Position numbers and translations under genes: made by a program. This document shows positions 57,938 through 64,000 of a stretch of 64,000 bases of DNA, in pieces. A model generated the notes under the pieces. That model worked only from the letters and a program-made list of their open reading frames with translations, did no database searches and was not told the DNA's origin. The stretch lies in IMG/VR virus record IMGVR_UViG_3300031758_000036, positions 1 to 64,000 of that record; one strand, written 5' to 3'. The stretch's first letter is position 1. Every line of letters starts with the position of its first letter. Origin of the DNA: a virus.

Positions 57938-58615
57938 ATGCACGATGCAAAATTAGTTGCTCTTACTCAAGGAGCGGAAGAGCACGCCTTGAAACATGCT
58001 CAAGAAATCATTATGTACGTTGCCCGTGTTAGCAATCCTTCTAATCAGGATAGCAGTAATACTGGGCTGCTGAAATATTGTATCAGGGAAAAGCATTGGT
58101 CAATTTTTGAAATGGCTAATATGGTCCTGGAAATCAACACAACCAGGGCGATTAGTCCACAAATTTTGCGTCATCGTTCTTTTTCGTTTCAGGAATTTTC
58201 GCAACGCTATGCCACTATTGACAGTTTAAGCGCCTCAATTCCATTACCAGATTTGCGGCGACAGGATACCAAAAATCGCCAAGCAAGTCATGATGACCTT
58301 GACGAGGATCTGAAGCGTGATCTTCAAGCTAATATTGATAACCTTTACGAGCACGCAAATGATGTATATCAACTACTGCTTCAGAAGGATGTAGCAAAAG
58401 AGTGCGCGAGGGAAGTCCTGCCGATTGGTTCGCCAACAAGGCTATATATGAATGGCACCCTCAGGAGCTGGATTACATATATTGCGCTCCGAGAAAAAAA
58501 TGGAACACAACTTGAGCATCAAATGATTGCAAAGTCTTGCAAACAAATATTTTGCAAGCATCATCCGATTATTGGCAATGCCCTCGGTGGTGTCGATACG
58601 CCGTGGGAAATCTAA
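57938..58615 (+). CDS. thyX: Flavin-dependent thymidylate synthase
   Basis: ARVSNP, HWSIFE, RHRSFSFQEFSQRY, ECAR.VLP, GTLRSW. Confidence 0.95.
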   Translation: MHDAKLVALTQGAEEHALKHAQEIIMYVARVSNPSNQDSSNTGLLKYCIREKHWSIFEMANMVLEINTTRAISPQILRHRSFSFQEFSQRYATIDSLSASIPLPDLRRQDTKNRQASHDDLDEDLKRDLQANIDNLYEHANDVYQLLLQKDVAKECAREVLPIGSPTRLYMNGTLRSWITYIALREKNGTQLEHQMIAKSCKQIFCKHHPIIGNALGGVDTPWEI

Positions 58616-58631
58616 GTATCAGGGATTGATC

Positions 58632-59270
58632 ATGTCAGAATCTTTGGATCAATCAGGCTGGCCTGAGTCTAAACCAATAAAAGGAGAGGCTGGTCCAATT
58701 TATGGTTTTAGGCGCGGTTATCGTGTCAGCCAGTCCGGTCGACACGAAAACGCCGATCAATACGGTTGCTTCCAGAAGTTCTTATTGCTACAGGGAGGCA
58801 GGACTTTTAAGGCTCTTGAATCGATAACGGGACATGCTGTACCTACCCTATCTAGCTGGTCTGATATATTCAACTGGCAGCGCCGTGCAGCCGCCTATGA
58901 TAAAGATCAATTGGCGATCGTCTGGAAGGAAGCAGAGAAATTCCAAAAAAACTCCCATCGAGACGCAATTGTAGAATTTAGGGAGTCATCTGAGCGTCAA
59001 GCCAGGATGATGGCCAGAGTTTCGGAAGACTTGCTGCGTGTTCTGGGTAAGCGCATAGCAAAGGCCGAGGACGAGGGAGAAGAGGTGCCAATGGCCCTAG
59101 TCTCTGGCCTGCTTAAGGCCGCCGCTAGTATTAGCGAGCAGTCTCGTCAATCCTGGGCCAACTCGCTGGGCATTAATGAAATGCTAGAAATGGTTGATGA
59201 AGAGATGAACAAAGTAAACATTGAAGATGTCACTGATGTCGACGCCTACGAAATTCCAATCGATGAATAA
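58632..59270 (+). CDS. Putative terminase small subunit
   Basis: HTH-like segment then W..RAAAYD and a helical C-terminus; just upstream of the large subunit. Confidence 0.6.
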   Translation: MSESLDQSGWPESKPIKGEAGPIYGFRRGYRVSQSGRHENADQYGCFQKFLLLQGGRTFKALESITGHAVPTLSSWSDIFNWQRRAAAYDKDQLAIVWKEAEKFQKNSHRDAIVEFRESSERQARMMARVSEDLLRVLGKRIAKAEDEGEEVPMALVSGLLKAAASISEQSRQSWANSLGINEMLEMVDEEMNKVNIEDVTDVDAYEIPIDE

Positions 59271-59472
59271 ATTTCCTGATCCAAATTTCCCTCTAATCGT
59301 AACAGAAGAGGAGGATGGCTCGTTTACACTGGAGTGGGATGACCTTCATCCTATTACATCTGTTTTCAATAACTATACGGAGCAAGACTTTATCGACATG
59401 CTGACCGCTGGAGCAATCGATACCCTACAGGACAATGAAGAATTAGATGCATCAAAACAGGTTGAAGACTGA
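59263..59472 (+). CDS. Small acidic hypothetical protein
   Basis: VTEEEDGSFTLEWD; coupled to the terminase gene. Confidence 0.6.
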   Translation: MNKFPDPNFPLIVTEEEDGSFTLEWDDLHPITSVFNNYTEQDFIDMLTAGAIDTLQDNEELDASKQVED

Positions 59473-62006
59473 TGGCTACTAGAGCTGGTAAAATCTTTCT
59501 TGAAAAAGCAGGATCAGACCGCGAAATGGTTCGCGAGCTGCGAAAAGCTAAGACGCAAAGGAAAGAAGGTGGCCAGCAAATAGTACTGCATCAGTTTATC
59601 AAATCGGTATCTCCTAACTATAAATTTTACAAGGTCCACGCAGAATTAACGAAACAACTGCAGCGAATCATTGACGGAAAATGCAAGCGGTTAATTATTC
59701 AAATTCCACCAAGGACTGGTAAAAGTTTTCTGTCCTCTAAGTTATTTCCAGCAGCATATTTACTGGCCCATCCAGATCGATATGCTGGCATCGTCTCCTA
59801 TAGCGCAGAGCTGGCTGAAGGCTTCTCGCGGTCTGCCAGAGATTACTACAGGCAGGCTGGAGGGACATTTGACCCATACAAGCAAGCCGTAAACGATTGG
59901 GGTACCCAAGGCGGTGGCGGGTTATGGGCGTCGGGTGTTGGAGGCGCTATCACCGGCCGCTCAGGCCATTTGCTGATCATTGACGACCCTGTCAAGAACA
60001 GGGAAGACGCTGACAGCCCAAGGGTGATGGAAAAACTATGGGACTGGTACACATCGACTCTTTACACTCGCCTTGAACCAGAAGTCGGATCAATTGTTGT
60101 GATTCAATGCATGACCGGTGATACAAATGTAACCATGAGCGATGGTTCTTGCCGCAGGCTGGATACAATTAGGCCAGGCGATGAAGTCTTGTCATGGAAG
60201 AATGGATCTGCTGTTACTAGAACTGTACTGAATCATAAATGTCAGGGAGAGGACGATGTATTTGAGATAAGAACCGCGAGTAGTAGGGTGAAGGCGAATG
60301 CGAGGCATCCGTTTTTAGTGCAACGCGAAGATGGGGCCCATGAATGGGTCAGGGTTGAGGATTTACGGATTGGCGATTCCCTGGTGGCGTCATCCCGCCT
60401 TGAATTTGACAATCCCGCGCAAGTAACCGAGCAACAGGCTTGGCTTCTTGGTTATATGTTTGGAGATGGCTGGATAACCAGTCGAACCGGTACGCGGCTA
60501 GATGCCAATGGTAAAAGGTATCCAAGATCAGGATTCGTAACATGTGTTGCATGTCCCAAACCAGACGAGGAAAGGGAAAAGATTATGACAGCGTTTCAAT
60601 CGATATGGGGTTTTAGGCCGAAACTGACTCGTTATGGCTACTACAGGACCGAGAGGCAGGAGCCAGGGAAATGGTTCACTGCTTTTGGGCTTACTGGAAC
60701 AGCCAAGACCAAGAGGGTGCCATTGTGGATGTACTCTCAGCCTGCTGAGATTCGCCAAGCCTTTTTATCTGGATATCACGAAGCGGATGGCGCTACATTT
60801 AGTACGGGCAAGGCCGCAGGTAGGTATACGTTTGGCTCATGTAACCCAGATCTGATCAACGATATTAGACAAATAGCAAGGGGATTGGGATATTCAGTCA
60901 CGAATATTAGCGTATATGAAAGCATGATACAAGCTCCCAACAGTCCTGCGCCAGTATTATCTAAAAATTGCAATTTACAATTCAACCCATGGTCAAAAAA
61001 CGAATCAGAATTTCGTACTCATAAAATCAGATCAATTAAAAATATTGGGAGGGAATTAGTATATGACATTCAAGTCGAGGACACCGAATGTTTCATAGCA
61101 GATGGACTAGTGTCTCACAATACTCGCTGGAGCGAAAATGACCTGATTGGCAGGCTGATTGAGTCTGAAATGAACGTATCCGAAAAAGGCAGAGAAAATT
61201 GGACAATACTTGACCTGCCTGCTATATCCGAGGATGCTGGTTCGCGACCGCCACTGCCAGAGCATTGCGATGTTGTACCTGATTGGCGAGAAGAGTCTGG
61301 GCTAGCACTGTGCCCACAGCGATATGGTATAGAAGAATACGAACGCATACGTGAAGCGATAGGCACCAGGGATTTTGCTGCTTTGTATCAGCAGCGACCA
61401 GCACCTGAGGGCGGCAATATGTTTGACCCTAGTTGGTGGCAATACTATGATCACGGCACTGAGCTGCCGGAGTTCCAAAGGTTAATGCTTAGCGTTGACT
61501 GTACTTTTACTAACTCTAGTTCTAGTGACTATGTTGTTGGTAGCGTAGTAGCCCAAGCCGGCAATCGATTTTATGTAATCGATATGGTCAGGGAGAAAAT
61601 GGATATCATTGCAACGATATCAATGATATCAAGAATGTATAACAAACATGCACTTAGCGGCACGATTATTGAACTTGCAGCGTCTGGTTATGCTGCTTAT
61701 CAAATGCTAAGCAAAAAAGTGCCAGGTTTAATTGGTTTCAAGCCAGAGAAATCAAAAACAGCTCGCGCTGCTGGTATCGTCCCAATAATCGAAGCAGGTA
61801 ATGTGTATTTACCAACAAGCGCACCTTGGCTAGATGCCTTTGTGAATGAATTCAGCCTATTCCCAGCAGCAAAGAACGATGACATCGTCGACTCTGTTGG
61901 CATGGCTATTAATTACATGTCTCAAAGATCGGCTCCCGTGATGACAGAAGTTAGCTGGGGCCGTGGAACAACTTTACCCTATAATTATAATAACAGTGTA
62001 ATCTAA
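59472..62006 (+). CDS. terL: Terminase large subunit containing an intein
   Basis: IPPRTGKS (Walker A), LIIDDPVK (Walker B), ALYQQRP, SVDCTF, NDDIVDS. Confidence 0.95.
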   Translation: MATRAGKIFLEKAGSDREMVRELRKAKTQRKEGGQQIVLHQFIKSVSPNYKFYKVHAELTKQLQRIIDGKCKRLIIQIPPRTGKSFLSSKLFPAAYLLAHPDRYAGIVSYSAELAEGFSRSARDYYRQAGGTFDPYKQAVNDWGTQGGGGLWASGVGGAITGRSGHLLIIDDPVKNREDADSPRVMEKLWDWYTSTLYTRLEPEVGSIVVIQCMTGDTNVTMSDGSCRRLDTIRPGDEVLSWKNGSAVTRTVLNHKCQGEDDVFEIRTASSRVKANARHPFLVQREDGAHEWVRVEDLRIGDSLVASSRLEFDNPAQVTEQQAWLLGYMFGDGWITSRTGTRLDANGKRYPRSGFVTCVACPKPDEEREKIMTAFQSIWGFRPKLTRYGYYRTERQEPGKWFTAFGLTGTAKTKRVPLWMYSQPAEIRQAFLSGYHEADGATFSTGKAAGRYTFGSCNPDLINDIRQIARGLGYSVTNISVYESMIQAPNSPAPVLSKNCNLQFNPWSKNESEFRTHKIRSIKNIGRELVYDIQVEDTECFIADGLVSHNTRWSENDLIGRLIESEMNVSEKGRENWTILDLPAISEDAGSRPPLPEHCDVVPDWREESGLALCPQRYGIEEYERIREAIGTRDFAALYQQRPAPEGGNMFDPSWWQYYDHGTELPEFQRLMLSVDCTFTNSSSSDYVVGSVVAQAGNRFYVIDMVREKMDIIATISMISRMYNKHALSGTIIELAASGYAAYQMLSKKVPGLIGFKPEKSKTARAAGIVPIIEAGNVYLPTSAPWLDAFVNEFSLFPAAKNDDIVDSVGMAINYMSQRSAPVMTEVSWGRGTTLPYNYNNSVI
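60108..61121 (+). mobile_element. Intein with a LAGLIDADG homing endonuclease (338 aa)
   Basis: IQ|CMTGDT start, block B ANARHPF, LLGYMFGDG and FLSGYHEADG, end VYDIQV..FIADGLVSHN|TRW. Confidence 0.95.
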
Positions 62007-62636
62007 ATGTCAAGAAAATCGCTAGATTTCAAGCTAACGCCACAACAGCAGAAAATGGCGATAGACAATATCAATTTAGCTCGCCGGGAGGCTTGGCGGG
62101 TGCAAAGAACCACTGGAATTGAATATTCTGTTCTAGAAGGAGCCGCTTTTCTGGGGCTATGTAAGGCGTGCCATCGATTCGACCCCGAATCGGGATATAA
62201 ATTTTCCAGTCTTGCAACTCCAACAATCAGAGGCGAGATATTGCATTGGGTGCGTGATAAAACCTATGCTATGCGTTTATCGCATAAAATGAGAGAGAAT
62301 TGGATAAAAGGAAGGAAGATGCTATTCAATGGCTCTAATGATCTGCAAATAGCAAAAGCATTAGAGATGTCGATCGAAGAATGGCAAGAAACCAGGTCGG
62401 CATGTTCAGGCCCTCCCCTTGAACTGAAAGATCAGGCAATGCCTTCCGATCCGTTGGAGCCCGAGGAAGTTGACTTCAAATGTGATTACAGGTCAAAAGC
62501 AGAGGAAGCAATAGGAATGATGAGCGAAAAAGAACACGATATGCTAATAGCATATTATAAAGGTGACACATCGAAACCACCCATAAGGCAGTTCAAGTAT
62601 CTGTGTGCAAATCTTAAGAATTATAACATTACATGA
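62007..62636 (+). CDS. SigF/FliA-like (group 3) sigma factor
   Basis: NINLARR, LGLCKACHRFDPESGYKFSSLATPTIRGEILHWVRD. Confidence 0.88.
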   Translation: MSRKSLDFKLTPQQQKMAIDNINLARREAWRVQRTTGIEYSVLEGAAFLGLCKACHRFDPESGYKFSSLATPTIRGEILHWVRDKTYAMRLSHKMRENWIKGRKMLFNGSNDLQIAKALEMSIEEWQETRSACSGPPLELKDQAMPSDPLEPEEVDFKCDYRSKAEEAIGMMSEKEHDMLIAYYKGDTSKPPIRQFKYLCANLKNYNIT

Positions 62637-62691
62637 AGGCGGTATCCAATCCCTAAGTTGGTGCTAGCCTGAACCAAGAGCCCCGGCACCA

Positions 62692-64000
62692 ATGGGAAAA
62701 GCGACGATAAGTGATTATACCATCAAGACGATCAAAGATATTCCTATTACGTCAATCCTAGAGAAAGAGGGCGTTCTGTGCAAGAAAGTCGGAAGAGAGG
62801 CGGTAACACTATGTCCATGGCATAACGACAAGAATCCATCTTTAACCATAAACGATGAGAAGGGATTTTGTTTTTGCTTTGTTTGTCAAACAGGTAGCGA
62901 TGGTATCGGTTTTATTCAAGAGAAGTTTGGTCTGTCTTTTGCTGATACGATAATCAAGATCGCCAGATCGCACGAAGTAGAAGTAATATATGAGGATCTG
63001 AATCCAGAGCTGGCGGCAGAAGAAGCCAGGCGAAAGGTTGAACTGATAAACCAATTAAATGCCGAGCACGAATCATATAGAAAATTTATCAAAGACCCAA
63101 GAGCACAACGTATCAGGGATTTACTGGATTCCCGTGGTATACAGCCAAGTACCTGTAGGCATTTTGAACTTGGCTATGCCCCGAATGGTTTTTTCGCTGA
63201 TCGCATTACAGTACCTATTCATGACCACAGGGGAACGCTGATCGGCTTCAGTGGCAGAGCGACAAGAGATGAAGTCAAGCCAAAGTATAAAAACTCAGAG
63301 AATGATGATCATTTCGATAAATCAAAAATTGTATTCAATGAGCATCGAGCGTCCCAATATGCAAGAGAAGCAGACAGTCTGATTTTTGTTGAAGGTCATT
63401 TCGATGTAATTGCATTGTGGCAATATGGCATAAAAAACGTGGTAGCCATTCAAGGTACTGCTCCTCCCACGGAATCGACAATCAATAGGCTTGCGCGGCG
63501 TACGAAGCGATTTATTTTATGTTTCGATTCTGATCAAGGTGGATTCAAGGCAACCGAGCAATTCATCAAGGTAGCTGGACCCTTGGCCTGCAGAGGTGAT
63601 CTGACTATTTCTGTAGCAACACTTCCTGATGGAATGGACCCAGATGATTGTATCAATGCGAACATTGATTTGTATTCGGTAATCGAAAATGCAAAGCCAT
63701 GGCTCGACTGGCAACTTGAAACGTGGCTGTCATCAGTAGATAGGACGGACACCGCGCTGTTCACTCAAATAGAATCCAGAACCAGGGCGCTTGTCGAATC
63801 GATACAGTCGCCTGTCTTGAGGCAGTATTATATCGACAAGGCATCACGGATACTTGCTCCTGACGACAAGTCAGCGTTAAAAATTGCTAAGCAATGGGCA
63901 GATAATACTGAAGCGGTCAAATATAAAAAGAAATGGTCAAGACCGACGCCGGTTGAGATTCGTATCTTGGCAGAACGCAGGTTACTTAGACTGTATGTGC
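62692..64000 (+). CDS. dnaG: DnaG-type DNA primase (3' truncated; not in ORF track)
   Basis: CHC2 finger CPWHNDKNPS...CFVC, RITVPI, GFSGR, PKYKNS, VEGHFDV, CFDSDQGG, GMDPDD. Confidence 0.93.
   Translation, partial: MGKATISDYTIKTIKDIPITSILEKEGVLCKKVGREAVTLCPWHNDKNPSLTINDEKGFCFCFVCQTGSDGIGFIQEKFGLSFADTIIKIARSHEVEVIYEDLNPELAAEEARRKVELINQLNAEHESYRKFIKDPRAQRIRDLLDSRGIQPSTCRHFELGYAPNGFFADRITVPIHDHRGTLIGFSGRATRDEVKPKYKNSENDDHFDKSKIVFNEHRASQYAREADSLIFVEGHFDVIALWQYGIKNVVAIQGTAPPTESTINRLARRTKRFILCFDSDQGGFKATEQFIKVAGPLACRGDLTISVATLPDGMDPDDCINANIDLYSVIENAKPWLDWQLETWLSSVDRTDTALFTQIESRTRALVESIQSPVLRQYYIDKASRILAPDDKSALKIAKQWADNTEAVKYKKKWSRPTPVEIRILAERRLLRLYV

Noticed and set aside
63059-63764. Short ORF-track calls in the last 1.3 kb
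   Set aside because: They overlap the primase frame starting at 62692, which the track missed because it has no stop in the window
1-64000. tRNA/rRNA genes, integrase, portal, photosynthesis genes
   Set aside because: None recognised by eye; tRNAscan-SE and HMM searches would be needed to exclude them

Overview
The window is about 64 kb of a tailed dsDNA phage genome, most likely a cyanobacterial siphovirus. This is inferred from a long tape measure gene, the lack of a recognisable sheath gene, cyanobacterial-type RpoD-like and SigF-like sigma factors, ThyX and a PKHD-type hydroxylase. Layout: 1-5.3 kb, small + strand accessory ORFs; 5.6-14.9 kb, a mostly minus-strand early-gene island; 15-49 kb, late/structural genes (neck, frameshifted tail chaperone, tail tube, tape measure, baseplate, scaffold, capsid, collagen-like fibres, glycosyltransferase, lysis); 49-64 kb, replication, recombination and packaging (DnaB-like helicase, initiator with iteron-like origin, SSAP, SSB, RusA, exonuclease, ThyX, terminase with intein, DnaG primase running off the end). 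No portal or integrase was recognised. The most unusual feature is in the early island: 14 copies of a 39-47 bp imperfect palindrome (GTGAKCGTG...CRCGMTCAC) separate small genes, and its arms supply those genes' stop codons in both orientations. This resembles an integron-like gene-cassette array in a phage. Family assignments come from motif recognition by eye, not from database searches.
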